Shown one piece after another: positions 28,629 to 39,368 of a DNA stretch of 64,000 nt. Origin of the DNA: Bdellovibrionales bacterium (GTDB taxonomy: Bacteria > Bdellovibrionota > Bdellovibrionia > Bdellovibrionales > JAGQZY01). Location of the stretch: contig CAXRHT010000002.1 of the NCBI GenBank assembly GCA_964230645.1, positions 1,504,001-1,568,000 of the forward strand, written 5' to 3'. The position numbers were made by a program, and so were the translations under genes. Position 1 is the first letter of the stretch; every line of letters begins with the position of its first letter. The notes beneath the pieces are model-generated. The model was not told the DNA's origin. It did not search any database and saw only the letters and a list, made by a program, of their open reading frames with translations.

Positions 28629-31275
28629 TTTTTTTGAAGAAAAAGAGCACCAGCTCGTCGAGAGCTCAAGCCTCATTCCTCACAATGATCCAACCCTCAT
28701 GTTTACCAATGCGGGTATGAATCAGTTCAAAGATGTTTTCCTGGGGACGGATAAAAGAAGTTATTCTCGGGCCGTCAGTATTCAAAAATGTTTAAGGGCT
28801 GGTGGAAAACACAACGACCTAGAAAATGTGGGCTTCACCGCCCGCCACCACACCTTTTTTGAGATGCTCGGTAACTTTTCGTTTGGAGATTACTTTAAAG
28901 AAGAAGCCATCTCTATGGCTTGGGAGTTTCTCACTAAAAAACTGGGGATCCCAGAAGAGCGCCTTTATGTTTCGGTTTTTGAAACCGATGATGAGGCCGC
29001 CGAAATTTGGGAGAAAAAAATGGGTGTGCCCAAAGAAAAAATTTATCGCTTTGGTGAAAAGGATAACTTTTGGCGTATGGGGCAAACAGGCCCCTGTGGC
29101 CCTTGTTCAGAAATTTTTTATGACCATAATCCTTCAGGCCCTAAAGTTTCTATCGATCAGGACGAGGACCGCTTCGTTGAAATCTGGAATCTTGTTTTTA
29201 TGCAGTTCTTTGAGGATGAAGAGGGGAACCAAACTCCCCTTCCAAAACCTTCAGTCGATACAGGATGCGGGATCGAAAGATTGGCGGCCGCCATGCAAGG
29301 GGTCACCGACAATTATCAATGCGACATCTTTCAACCTTTAATTCATGAGGCCTGTAAAAGAGTGGGTCTTGATAGCGATTGGGTGAAATTAAAACAGACT
29401 CCGCAAACCTTGGGAGCTTTGAAAGTCGTAGCCGACCACTCTCGCTCCACAAGCTTTCTTATTGGCGAAGGGGTTCTTCCCTCAAATGAAGGCTCAGGTT
29501 ATGTTTTAAGAAGAATTATGAGACGAGCAATTCGCTACGCCAGACGCCTGGATACCTCAAAATCTTTATTCCCTGAAGTTTGTAAAGAAGTGATCACCAT
29601 TATGGGTGAGCATTATCCCGTGTTAAAAGAAAAACAGGAATTTATTCTGCAAACAGTAAGGGACGAGGAAAAACGATTTCTTAAAACTCTTGATAAAGGC
29701 TCTGAAATCTTAAACCAAGAAATTCAAACTCTCTTGGGTGAACAGAAACAAGTGGTCCCTGGTAGTACGGCTTTTACTCTTTATGACACCTATGGTTTTC
29801 CTTTCGATCTCACACAAGTGGTCGCAAAAGAGCATAACCTTACTGTGGATGAAAAAGGTTTTCTTGAAGCCATGGAAGAGGCAAAAGACAAGGCCCGAAA
29901 AGCGCAAAAAGACCATAGTATTTCTAGTAACGAAAAACATTTGGCTGACTGGAGCCAAAACTTTGAAGAAACAAAGTTTGAGGGCTATGAAAAGCTTGAA
30001 GTCCAAGCCTCCTGCCTTTCCCTTTCCGATGGCTCAAATGAAGTGGAAAGTCTTACCGATTCCGGTTGGGCGGTCTTTGATCAATCCCCTTTTTATGCCG
30101 AAGGTGGAGGACAGGTGGGTGACCTCGGGGATATTTACGACTCCGAGAGCAAACAACTTGTGGCCACAGTCACAGACTGCAAAAAGCTCAACAACGTTCA
30201 CCTTCATCAGGTCACTGTTAAAAAAGGCGAGCTGAAAAAGTCTCAAAAATATCTTTTAAAAGTGGGTCAAAATTCAAGACAAGACACCGCTAACAATCAC
30301 TCGGCCACACATCTTCTTAACGCTGCTTTAAAAGAGGTCTTGGGAGACCATGTGAATCAAGCGGGCTCCCTTGTCACAGCTCAGAAACTTCGATTTGATT
30401 TTAATCACTCTAAAGCTATGAGTCCTGAGGAAATCAAAAAGGTCGAAACTTTAGTGAACGATCAAATTCATGGAGCCTACCCAGTCGCCTTTGAAAATAT
30501 GTCTCACCAGGAAGCCACCCAAAAAGGTGCGGTTGCCATGTTTGGGGAAAAGTATGGCGATGAAGTTCGAGTGATCAGCATGGGGCAACAAGAAGACCAG
30601 GTCTTTTCCATGGAACTTTGTGGAGGAACCCACGTTTCGAATACCGCTCAAATTGGGCTTTTTAAAATTGTTTCCGAAGCGGGAGTGGCTGCAGGTGTAA
30701 GACGAATCGAGGCATTGACTGGCCGCGGAGCTTTTCAATTCCTTACAAATCTTGCTGATGAAAACCTGCAGTTACGGGAAGAGCTTAAAGTCAAAAAACC
30801 TAAAGTAGATGCTAAAAAAGCGTCTTTCGACCTTTCAGAAAAAGTTCAAGACTTTCAAGCCAAAATCAAAAAGTTGGAAAAGGATCTTAAAAAGAAAGCC
30901 TCACAAAACGTTTCCGTCGATGACATTCTAAAAGAGAGTCGCCAGGTGGATTTTGATGGCGAAAAGGGAGTGGCTGTGTTCACAAGAATTGAGGTGAGTG
31001 ACCGCAATCTCCTGAGCCAGGTGGCCGACCAATTGCGCGACAAGGAAAAAAATATTGCTCTCGTCCTTATAGGAGAGGGTGAGCCCTCTAAACCCCTGAT
31101 TGTTGCTGTTAGTAAACATCTTAAAAAAATTCATGCTGGTAAAATTACCAAAGAGCTTTGTAGCGACCTCGATGGTAAAGGGGGCGGACGGCCTGACTTC
31201 GCGCAAGGTTCCGTGTCGAATTTGGATAAGTTGAATTTGGCTAAAGAAAAGTTCTATGAACTTATCAAACAGTAA
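28594..31275 (+). CDS. alaS: Alanine--tRNA ligase
   Basis: FTNAGMNQFK, HHTFFEMLGNFSFGDYFK, NHSATH, ELCGGTH, GGGRPDFAQ; start MKYVE at 28594. Confidence 0.99.
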   Translation: MKYVEIRKAFIDFFEEKEHQLVESSSLIPHNDPTLMFTNAGMNQFKDVFLGTDKRSYSRAVSIQKCLRAGGKHNDLENVGFTARHHTFFEMLGNFSFGDYFKEEAISMAWEFLTKKLGIPEERLYVSVFETDDEAAEIWEKKMGVPKEKIYRFGEKDNFWRMGQTGPCGPCSEIFYDHNPSGPKVSIDQDEDRFVEIWNLVFMQFFEDEEGNQTPLPKPSVDTGCGIERLAAAMQGVTDNYQCDIFQPLIHEACKRVGLDSDWVKLKQTPQTLGALKVVADHSRSTSFLIGEGVLPSNEGSGYVLRRIMRRAIRYARRLDTSKSLFPEVCKEVITIMGEHYPVLKEKQEFILQTVRDEEKRFLKTLDKGSEILNQEIQTLLGEQKQVVPGSTAFTLYDTYGFPFDLTQVVAKEHNLTVDEKGFLEAMEEAKDKARKAQKDHSISSNEKHLADWSQNFEETKFEGYEKLEVQASCLSLSDGSNEVESLTDSGWAVFDQSPFYAEGGGQVGDLGDIYDSESKQLVATVTDCKKLNNVHLHQVTVKKGELKKSQKYLLKVGQNSRQDTANNHSATHLLNAALKEVLGDHVNQAGSLVTAQKLRFDFNHSKAMSPEEIKKVETLVNDQIHGAYPVAFENMSHQEATQKGAVAMFGEKYGDEVRVISMGQQEDQVFSMELCGGTHVSNTAQIGLFKIVSEAGVAAGVRRIEALTGRGAFQFLTNLADENLQLREELKVKKPKVDAKKASFDLSEKVQDFQAKIKKLEKDLKKKASQNVSVDDILKESRQVDFDGEKGVAVFTRIEVSDRNLLSQVADQLRDKEKNIALVLIGEGEPSKPLIVAVSKHLKKIHAGKITKELCSDLDGKGGGRPDFAQGSVSNLDKLNLAKEKFYELIKQ

Positions 31276-32260
31276 GGTCATTAAAAAAGAGGCCAAAGAG
31301 CTTGAAGCCTGGTTTGAGGAAAATGCCCGCCCTCTGCCCTGGAGACAGAGCAAAGAACCCTACCCTATTTGGATTTCAGAGATTATGTTGCAGCAGACAA
31401 CGGCGACGGCTGTTATCCCCTATTTTCAATCTTTTTTAAAAAAGTTCCCCACGTTAAAAAAATTAGCCCAGGCTCCTCTTGAGGAAGTCTACGATCAGTG
31501 GGCGGGACTGGGGTATTATTCAAGAGCTCGCAACATCCATAAAGCCGCCAAGCAGTTTGCTAAAGAAAAGTCTTTCCCACAAACTTATCAAGAGCTTATT
31601 AAATTTTCAGGGCTTGGCGAATACACAGCCCGCGCCATTAGCTCGCAAGCCTTTGAGGAGCCTGTTGGTGTTGTTGACGGCAATGTGATCCGAGTTCTTT
31701 CAAGACGCTTTGGTCTTTTTAATCAACATTGGAAAACCAAAGAAAAAAGACAACTGCAAGAAATCGCCGATGAATATGCCAAGGAAGCGCAACCAAGCCG
31801 AGTGAATCAAGCCTTTATGGAATTGGGGGCAACCATCTGCACCCCCACTAACCCATCTTGTCTTTTATGCCCTCTGAAGAAAAATTGTGTGGCACTAAAA
31901 GACGATCTGATTTCCCAACTTCCTTTGAAGAAACCTAAAAAAAGTTTTGAGATTTGGGAGTGGCAGGCGGAGATCTATGAAAAGGATGGACGTATTGCTT
32001 TTGTAAAAAATGAATACGCTCCTTTCTTAAAAAAACAGTGGATTCTCCCAGGGAAGGTCGTGCAGAAAACGGGGAAACCACAAGACTTCGACTTTCAGCA
32101 CGGCATCACCCATCATAAAATCTTTGTAAAAATCACCAGAAAAAGGTCCAAATTTAGCCCGGCAAAATCTGCCGAATACGAGTGGATCTCCGCTAAACAA
32201 CTAAAAGAAAAGGTACCTTTCTCCCTTATCCAAAAGGCCATAGATATAGGGCTAAGATGA
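31256..32260 (+). CDS. mutY: A/G-specific adenine glycosylase
   Basis: ISEIMLQQT, WAGLGYYSRARN, VDGNV.RV, C-x6-C-x2-C-x5-C Fe-S motif. Confidence 0.95.
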   Translation: MNLSNSKVIKKEAKELEAWFEENARPLPWRQSKEPYPIWISEIMLQQTTATAVIPYFQSFLKKFPTLKKLAQAPLEEVYDQWAGLGYYSRARNIHKAAKQFAKEKSFPQTYQELIKFSGLGEYTARAISSQAFEEPVGVVDGNVIRVLSRRFGLFNQHWKTKEKRQLQEIADEYAKEAQPSRVNQAFMELGATICTPTNPSCLLCPLKKNCVALKDDLISQLPLKKPKKSFEIWEWQAEIYEKDGRIAFVKNEYAPFLKKQWILPGKVVQKTGKPQDFDFQHGITHHKIFVKITRKRSKFSPAKSAEYEWISAKQLKEKVPFSLIQKAIDIGLR

Positions 32261-32290
32261 CAAATTCCTAGATTGAAATAGAATGGAGAA

Positions 32291-33316
32291 ATGGGGCAGC
32301 GTATCATTTCTCGTTTAATCGTATTGTTATTGGTTTTTTTCCACTCCGAGGCTTTTGCTCAAAAAGCTCATTTTGGAAAAGTTTTCGATAAAAATCTTTA
32401 TCCTTCGACAAAGATCACTAAGGCTGGAAAAAACCGACAACCACTTTTCGTATCAAACTCGGGCTTTATATTCGTCAGTAAAGACCGCAAAGATCATAGC
32501 GACCCACAGTTGTATTTTCGTGATCTTAATACAGGAAAAGAAAAGCGGATCACTCATCAAGTGGGTGAAATCAATGCCGGCTCTTATCTTGAGAACCGCG
32601 GAGAGATTCTCTATAGCAGCTCAACGGACGAAGAAAAGGAAACACCCTTTATCTTAAAGAAATATCTCAGTCGGTTTCCGGCCTCGGTAAAAAACGATGC
32701 TTTTTTCCAATTGGATTTCAGACCCCAAGAAATTTATAAAAGCCAAATTGATGGCTCGGAAATAGAAAGACTCACAGAGTTTTCTGGCTTTGATGCCTTT
32801 CCGGTTTATCTTGCCAAAAAGGATCGACTCTATTTCTCTCGCTGGGAAGACAACCAAGTGAATCTTTTTGCAAAGTCTCTAAAGAGAAACCTGGCGCCTT
32901 GGAAAGTTATGAAAACAAAAGGCCATGACTTAGGCCTTCAGCTCTCACCTCAAAGCGATAAGTTTGCTTGGTACCGATTCTCTCCTGATTTCAAATCTTC
33001 ACAAGTCCTTATTTCTGCTCTTGATTTTAAAAACCCAACTTACGTCACTCTCGATTCAGGGGTGAATTGGTCTCCCACGTGGCATCCTAATGGACGCTCG
33101 ATCATTTATAGCGCGAAAAATGATGGCAGTCGTGATTTCAACCTATTTGAAGTCTCTCCTGATGGCGAATGCAAACGGCAGATCACCTCAGACAGAGGAG
33201 ATGAGTTTTTTCCAACCATCAGCCCCGACGGAAAAACACTTCTCTACACCTCGACCCGCTCAGGACAGGAGGAAATTTACAAGATGACCTACCCGGGCCC
33301 TCTCTCTTGTCAGTGA
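32291..33316 (+). CDS. TolB-like PD40 beta-propeller secreted protein
   Basis: SPTWHPNG, PTISPDG repeats; signal peptide. Confidence 0.8.
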   Translation: MGQRIISRLIVLLLVFFHSEAFAQKAHFGKVFDKNLYPSTKITKAGKNRQPLFVSNSGFIFVSKDRKDHSDPQLYFRDLNTGKEKRITHQVGEINAGSYLENRGEILYSSSTDEEKETPFILKKYLSRFPASVKNDAFFQLDFRPQEIYKSQIDGSEIERLTEFSGFDAFPVYLAKKDRLYFSRWEDNQVNLFAKSLKRNLAPWKVMKTKGHDLGLQLSPQSDKFAWYRFSPDFKSSQVLISALDFKNPTYVTLDSGVNWSPTWHPNGRSIIYSAKNDGSRDFNLFEVSPDGECKRQITSDRGDEFFPTISPDGKTLLYTSTRSGQEEIYKMTYPGPLSCQ

Positions 33317-33457
33317 TAAAGGGCTATTAAGGCACATATGGTCAAGGCGCCCTCTTCTAGAACGCCTAACCAGCGGGGCGATGCGGCTGACTGGACTTTC
33401 GACTTAAAGCACTAAGAGAGGTTTTCACAGCCCCTTTTAGGGTCTAAACTGAAGCCT

Positions 33458-34033
33458 ATGAAAACGATCCACTTTTTAATTCCACTGTTCGTCCTTAGCT
33501 TTCAACTTCCAGCCTTTGGAGCTCCGATTCCAGGAACTTCTTCGTCAAAACTTATGGAAGGGAAACTCGGGGTTTATAAATCCAAGTTTGGTTTTGAAAT
33601 CTTAGCTAAAAATACGCCTTGGATTCAGACTAAGCCCCCAAAGAAAAGTCGATTTATCGAAACAGTTTACCGCTCCCCGATCACGAGAAACAATGTGCGC
33701 GGCACTCTCACAGTCAGAGTCGACAATATGAAAAAAGGCACATCTCTAAAGAGCTACGTAAAACGTTGGATTAAAGAGTATCCAAAATATGGGTACGACG
33801 TTTTAGGATCGAAAGCTTTTAAAACAGGAAAGAAAAAGGGATATGTGATTGATCTGATCAATCAAAGAAAAAAGCGCCAATTGCGCCAAGTGATTTACCT
33901 TAATAAAAAAACAGCCGTGTTGATGACTTGCCGTGATCACACCAAAAGTTTCCGCTCCACTCTGAAAGAGTGCAACAATATTGTTAAAGGATTCCGCTGG
34001 GACGGACGCTCACAAAGCTCAACCGTTCGATAA
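33458..34033 (+). CDS. Secreted basic hypothetical protein (possible PsbP-like fold)
   Basis: Signal peptide (AFG-A); followed by a terminator. Confidence 0.7.
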   Translation: MKTIHFLIPLFVLSFQLPAFGAPIPGTSSSKLMEGKLGVYKSKFGFEILAKNTPWIQTKPPKKSRFIETVYRSPITRNNVRGTLTVRVDNMKKGTSLKSYVKRWIKEYPKYGYDVLGSKAFKTGKKKGYVIDLINQRKKRQLRQVIYLNKKTAVLMTCRDHTKSFRSTLKECNNIVKGFRWDGRSQSSTVR

Positions 34034-34046
34034 ATCTTCAATTTTC

Positions 34047-34073
34047 GAGGTTTTTTGAACAAAAGCCTCTTTT
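34047..34073 (+). terminator. Rho-independent terminator
   Basis: GAGGTTTT...AAAAGCCTC then T-run. Confidence 0.55.
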
Positions 34074-34211
34074 AGCTTTCAAGACCCTTTCGTTTACCCT
34101 TAAAGACTTCATTCTATTTAAGAGTCTTTTCTCATAATATCTCTATCCCTCTGCCTTCTGGTTGCCTCCCCTCTGCGATAATTTATAATTCTCTTTAACA
34201 AAGGATGGCCC

Positions 34212-34790
34212 ATGACATTTTTCTCTCTTTTAATTGGCTTTAGCTCTTTTCTCTTTGCAGGCAACCAGTCCGCACTAGTGGCACAGCCATTGGTAGGCAC
34301 ATTTTTTAAAACAGGAAATTACGAAGTTCTGCAAGAAAGAACGACCACCATTGTTGATCCCAGAATGTCAGACAGTAAGGAGATTATTCAGGCCTTAAAA
34401 AATGAAGGTTTTCGATGTGGTAAAAAAGTTCAAGTCTATCGTTGTGTTCGGTTCGCTGAAAACCCCGAGATCGACCCCGGTCTCCAAATTGAACCCCTTA
34501 GAGAAAAGATTGAATTTGGAACACCAAAGTCACTAACAGATCTCAACGAAGCCAGCGAGGTCACACAATTTTTTATTCAGCAGGATATTTATATAGACAA
34601 TAATTATTACGAAAAAGCTTGGTACACAATCACCGATCGATTCAACAAAGTGCGTGCGGGAGCAAAAAATCATCCCGAACCTATTCACCTTATCTTCAAA
34701 AAAGGTACTGTGGCCGAACTTCAATTCTATCATATCAACCACAGTCGTTTTTCTTGGACCGACTATATAATAGAAGTTGAGTATCGATAG
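34212..34790 (+). CDS. Secreted hypothetical protein
   Basis: AAGGA RBS, hydrophobic N-terminus. Confidence 0.65.
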   Translation: MTFFSLLIGFSSFLFAGNQSALVAQPLVGTFFKTGNYEVLQERTTTIVDPRMSDSKEIIQALKNEGFRCGKKVQVYRCVRFAENPEIDPGLQIEPLREKIEFGTPKSLTDLNEASEVTQFFIQQDIYIDNNYYEKAWYTITDRFNKVRAGAKNHPEPIHLIFKKGTVAELQFYHINHSRFSWTDYIIEVEYR

Positions 34791-34797
34791 ATATCGA

Positions 34798-35727
34798 TCA
34801 AAGCTCTTGGGTGGAGTTCATTTGTTCCACCCACTCTTTTGTCAAAAACTCGAGTTCATCACTCAACGGATAAGTTGAAAAACCACTGTTAGCACAACCA
34901 TTACTTGTCGCAGTTAAAATTCCTAGAATTTCCCACTCTTGGGTTTCTTGGTTTCTAATTAACAGGGGGCCTCCAGAATCTCCATAGCAGATGGTTTGAT
35001 AAAGGGGGGAATAGGTCTGCCAGCCTAAAATATTGTCGGACTCCTGCTGAACAAAACCGATGAGTCTTTGATAAGAAAAGTAGGCCTCGCTATCCACCTC
35101 TTCTTCTCTCCTTGAATTAATACCGTAACCCACTACAACGACCTCTTGCCTGAAAGAAAGGTCACCCTGATAAAACCGAAGGGGCCTAGAACCTGAAGGG
35201 ATCCTGTTCACCTTTATCAAAGCCAGGTCCATCATTTGAGATGAGTGCTCAGGAAAATTAACCCAACGCCTTCGATTTTCAATGGAATCGTAAAAATTAA
35301 AAGCTCTTTGCCTATCATAGGGTAAATAACCATTCACAAAAGCGTCCGCTCCCGTCGTGGGTGGACCCTTGTAAACTGAACGATAATCAAGGACATCCGA
35401 AATGATATCCTCTTCACTATGGGTAAAGCGAATTTGAACGCCAGAATTTGAGATGTCCAAACAATGACCTGAGGTCATAATAAAATGAGAACTCACAATG
35501 ACACCTGTACACCTCAGAGTTTGCTCATCACCCCTTACTATAACTTGGACAATCGATGCTACAGCTGGGGAGTTTTCATCCACAGGTTCGCCGTCAATGA
35601 CCACTCTTTGCAGGTACTGGTCTCTAAAAAATGGCGACTCATCTGTAGCTAAATGGAGATTTTGTCCCAGAGCACTTAGGGGGATCAAAAACCAAAAGGC
35701 AAAAAAGAGGCGTTGAGCTCGGGACAT
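34798..35727 (-). CDS. Secreted trypsin-like (S1) serine protease
   Basis: Catalytic triad motifs TSGHC, DLAL, GDSGGP; start 35727 or 35757. Confidence 0.9.
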   Translation of the reverse strand: MSRAQRLFFAFWFLIPLSALGQNLHLATDESPFFRDQYLQRVVIDGEPVDENSPAVASIVQVIVRGDEQTLRCTGVIVSSHFIMTSGHCLDISNSGVQIRFTHSEEDIISDVLDYRSVYKGPPTTGADAFVNGYLPYDRQRAFNFYDSIENRRRWVNFPEHSSQMMDLALIKVNRIPSGSRPLRFYQGDLSFRQEVVVVGYGINSRREEEVDSEAYFSYQRLIGFVQQESDNILGWQTYSPLYQTICYGDSGGPLLIRNQETQEWEILGILTATSNGCANSGFSTYPLSDELEFLTKEWVEQMNSTQEL

Positions 35728-35881
35728 ACTGGAATATTTTGCAATTCTTAGGCCCACCAGGAACGATTTAATCGCTTTTCAAGGCCAAAAAGAGCGGAAA
35801 ACTACAAAGATTGTCAGGAAACCCCATTAAGAGGCTTTTCAACTTCCGAGCCCGGCTCAAAGGAAGGTTCCACAGCAAGGT

Positions 35882-36517
35882 TTATATTTCTAGGAAATAA
35901 CCTTTTCCTTTCACTGTTTTTATCTTCATACCAAGAATTTTGAGCTTTCTACGAAGCGAATGTATATGCACATCAAGACTTCGGCTTCCACTTTGCTGAT
36001 ACAAACTTTCTCGACTGACAATGCTTCTCCCAGATGCCTTTAACTTCTCGAAAATTTCAAACTCCATTTTAGTTAATTTCAATATTTTTTCACCGAGTTG
36101 CAATCGGAGATTTTTTGAATCTAATACCAATGAGTTGTCGAGATTGGCCTTTTTGAACGACAACAGCTGATTAATTTTTGCCAATAGCACTTTAAAATCC
36201 ATTGGCTTCGCGATGCAATCATTGGCCCCATCTCGGATAGCGGTCAGCATCGATTCTTGAGTGAGATTGCCAGAGATCAATATAATCGGAATCACTGAAT
36301 TTATTTCGCGAATCTGTCGAACCAATACATTTCCATTGGCTGCAGGTAAATGTAAATCAGTGATTACTAGGTCTGGCTCGATTTTTTCAAAATTATAAAT
36401 AAAATCTTCGAAAGTCCTATATGTATGGACTTTGAAATTCGCCACCTCGAGCAATGACTCAAGGACATTTAATAAATCGATCTCATCATCGATAACGGCG
36501 ACGGTTGGTTGACTCAT
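35882..36517 (-). CDS. OmpR-family response regulator
   Basis: VIDDE, TDLHLP, AKP receiver; winged helix LTKMEFEI...RSLDVHIHSLRRKL. Confidence 0.9.
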   Translation of the reverse strand: MSQPTVAVIDDEIDLLNVLESLLEVANFKVHTYRTFEDFIYNFEKIEPDLVITDLHLPAANGNVLVRQIREINSVIPIILISGNLTQESMLTAIRDGANDCIAKPMDFKVLLAKINQLLSFKKANLDNSLVLDSKNLRLQLGEKILKLTKMEFEIFEKLKASGRSIVSRESLYQQSGSRSLDVHIHSLRRKLKILGMKIKTVKGKGYFLEI

Positions 36518-36710
36518 TCTTTTATAATACAAAATATTTTTATTTAGTCCTATTGTATTTTTGAATTTCTCTCATTAGACCTTCGTCTCTCTAACGTTAG
36601 ACAATGGTCAGAATTTCTAAGAAATAGGGCTCTTCTACTTATTTTTTGCTAAACTATAAATTATAAGTAGCAGATTTTATTGATTATTTTGGTGTTGGAA
36701 ACTTTAAACT

Positions 36711-39218
36711 ATGTCATGGCGGCTTTTTCTTTTTATTATACTAACACCCTGCTTGTCCCTTACCGCTCCTCCCAAAGAATTCAATGAATATACAGAACGA
36801 ATTCTACTCCTCAGAACTCGTGCGGGCGATAACATCTTTGACAGTCTCCTAGCTCATGAGTCCGATCGTATTCTTTATGTATCAGCCACTGATTTTTTTG
36901 AAACTTTGGGTTTTAAGACAAAAATAGTTGATTCGGATTCCCTTTTCCAAGCCAAGGTCTCAAGTCCAAAGCTCGAAATTGAAATTAACTGGAAAACTTG
37001 TGCAATAAAATCAAATGACTTGTTTAACGAGGTAAACTGTCTTGCTTTTGATTACTACGAGGACGATCTCTTTATCTCTCGGGTTCTCTTAGAAGAAATT
37101 CTTAAAGCAGAACTCACCTACCTCCCCTACAAATCAGAATTAAGGATGTTTTCAGAAGAGCCTTATCCCGTTTTAAGTCAAATAAAACGCAAGAAAACCA
37201 AAAAGAAGTCACTCAAAAGATTTGACCCCGGATTCCCCAAAAAAGAATCTACCGCTCAATCCTTGGAGAACTTCTACTTGGATCAACAGATCTCCCTCCT
37301 TTTAAAAAGGGGGAACAAAGGAGAAGTTGGATACTATTCCAATTTCGTGACCGACATCTCTGATCACGAAGTTCAAATTACCACCCAAGGCACTGATCGA
37401 CAGAATGACTTTACAACAGGGCTAGTAAGAAGAGACTTTTATGGTTCTCAAAAAAATGACTATGTTTCTACTTATCAGTTAGGTACGGTTGTCATACCGA
37501 CAGCTGAAATTATCGGTGGACCTACGGGTGGACATGGTGCCTATGTGACCAATCGAGAGCAACAAAACCTCATTAGCTTTGGCCAGCGTGAGCTTGAAGG
37601 AAACCTAAGGCCCAATTGGGAAGTTGAACTTTATGTAAATGATATTCTTTTTGGTAGACAATCAGGTAATGTACAAGGGCGTTATCGCTTCACTGATGTT
37701 CCTATTCTCTACGGTCTTAATAATTATCGACTCGAATTTTATGGTCCACAAGGGGAAAGAACGACCGAATATATCAACTCCAACATCTCGCCTAGAAACG
37801 TCAAGAAAAACCAATTACGATACGAAGCTGGATTAACTTTTGATCAACCACACACGGAAGCACATTCCCAACTCTCCTATGGAATAAGTGATCACTTTTC
37901 GGCCTATGCCGCCTTCTCCCGCTATAATTTGCAAGGAGAGAGTGACCCAAGAGATTATTCCGTACTCGGAATTAATTCACTAAGAGACAGTTTCACAACG
38001 AGTGCGTTTTATGGTCAAGATATGACAGGAGGCGGATCTTTTTACGCACTTAGGTCTCAAATTCTTTTCGACCCAAGTAATCTTCAAATTCTCTACATTG
38101 ATGCCAATCAGTTTCGCTCCAGCAACTTTTTTCCCATTGGCCAATTCATAGACAAATCCATCCAAGCCGATTTGACAACCAGTGCTTTCGGAATTGCCTC
38201 GATGCTTTACCGCTTCAATCACAATATTTTCGAGGATGGTAGTGTTTCCAATCAAGCCTTTCAATTTATGGTATTTTCAATAAATAGCCTATCGTTTCAA
38301 CTTCGCAACGATCTTGGTCACGGAGAAGATAATGATGTTCAAATGATCTACACCTACTTTCGGAATCAATTTCGCGCTCGGATCAACTACAGTAAATCCT
38401 CTTTGGAAAGCCTCGGATTAGAGTTCCGCAATCGTTTTGCGCGAGACTCCTCAGTGTTTTCTTCATTAGAGCACAACCTCAAAACTCACATTAACCTTGT
38501 TAGAGCTGGCTATCAGCATCGCCTGAAAGACTTTATAGCAGGTTTTGAAGCTCTGTCTGATGGGCAAAAAAATCATCAGATCTTTCTTAGACTTCGTACG
38601 TCTTTTGGATTGCATACTAATACACCGACATTTCAAGTCTCATCAGATCCCTTGGCAAGTCGCGGAAATATCTGTGCACGAGTCTTTCATGACTTAAACA
38701 ATGATGGTTTTTACCAACCCGATAGTGAAGCACCCCTAGAAGGTGTGGAATTGAGTTGGATTCAGGGGAATCGAACATTTAAGAGTGATAATGATGGTCA
38801 TGTATTTCTTAGCGATCTACCACTTTACCAAGCCGCGGATATTCAACTTCTTCACGCCAGCGTTGAAGATCCTACGCTCAGCTTTCACGACCAAGGTATA
38901 AGAGCTTTTCTACAAAAAGGTCAGTGTTTAAAAATGAACTTCCCTCTCGTTACAGTCAATGAGGTTGAAGGGCAAATTATCAAATCGGGCTCGGATCAAC
39001 CTCCTCGTACCACTTTCTTATTAATTAATTTAGAAAACCAAAAAATAGAAAGAGTGCGAAGCGATCGTGAAGGTTTTTTCTTATTCCCCGCCGTTCCTCC
39101 TGGAAAATATTTGCTTCGCCCCGAAAACAATCAGAAGTCATTCACCCCTCGAAAATATCAACTTGATACAAATGACTCCCAATCTTTAGATCAAGAGTTT
39201 TTCTTTGAGAAGTCATAA
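36711..39218 (+). CDS. Usher-like outer-membrane fimbrial biogenesis protein
   Basis: WEVELYVND, GRYRF.DVP..YG.N..RL.FYGPQGE; C-terminal VFHDLNNDG and SDREGFFLF..VPPGKY Ig-like domains. Confidence 0.75.
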   Translation: MSWRLFLFIILTPCLSLTAPPKEFNEYTERILLLRTRAGDNIFDSLLAHESDRILYVSATDFFETLGFKTKIVDSDSLFQAKVSSPKLEIEINWKTCAIKSNDLFNEVNCLAFDYYEDDLFISRVLLEEILKAELTYLPYKSELRMFSEEPYPVLSQIKRKKTKKKSLKRFDPGFPKKESTAQSLENFYLDQQISLLLKRGNKGEVGYYSNFVTDISDHEVQITTQGTDRQNDFTTGLVRRDFYGSQKNDYVSTYQLGTVVIPTAEIIGGPTGGHGAYVTNREQQNLISFGQRELEGNLRPNWEVELYVNDILFGRQSGNVQGRYRFTDVPILYGLNNYRLEFYGPQGERTTEYINSNISPRNVKKNQLRYEAGLTFDQPHTEAHSQLSYGISDHFSAYAAFSRYNLQGESDPRDYSVLGINSLRDSFTTSAFYGQDMTGGGSFYALRSQILFDPSNLQILYIDANQFRSSNFFPIGQFIDKSIQADLTTSAFGIASMLYRFNHNIFEDGSVSNQAFQFMVFSINSLSFQLRNDLGHGEDNDVQMIYTYFRNQFRARINYSKSSLESLGLEFRNRFARDSSVFSSLEHNLKTHINLVRAGYQHRLKDFIAGFEALSDGQKNHQIFLRLRTSFGLHTNTPTFQVSSDPLASRGNICARVFHDLNNDGFYQPDSEAPLEGVELSWIQGNRTFKSDNDGHVFLSDLPLYQAADIQLLHASVEDPTLSFHDQGIRAFLQKGQCLKMNFPLVTVNEVEGQIIKSGSDQPPRTTFLLINLENQKIERVRSDREGFFLFPAVPPGKYLLRPENNQKSFTPRKYQLDTNDSQSLDQEFFFEKS

Positions 39219-39294
39219 ACTGCTGTAATTACTAGTTAAATATTCCCCTCCCAGATCGAATTTACTAAATATCAGTGTTATCTTAATTTTTTTC

Positions 39295-39321
39295 TTAAGA
39301 TTTGCAAATCTTAACCGATAA
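39295..39321 (+). promoter_or_regulatory. Putative sigma28 promoter overlapping a perfect 20-bp palindrome
   Basis: TTAA-N15-ACCGATAA; TTAAGATTTGCAAATCTTAA is self-complementary. Confidence 0.6.
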
Positions 39322-39368
39322 ATCTTTTGTCTAGGTTAAAGGCCTACAACTAACAAAGGAGAACGTTT

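Noticed and set aside
27224..30235. Long shadow ORFs (27224..27817 minus, 28826..29341 and 29738..30235 plus)
   Set aside because: Antisense or alternate frames of pilT and alaS with no independent signals
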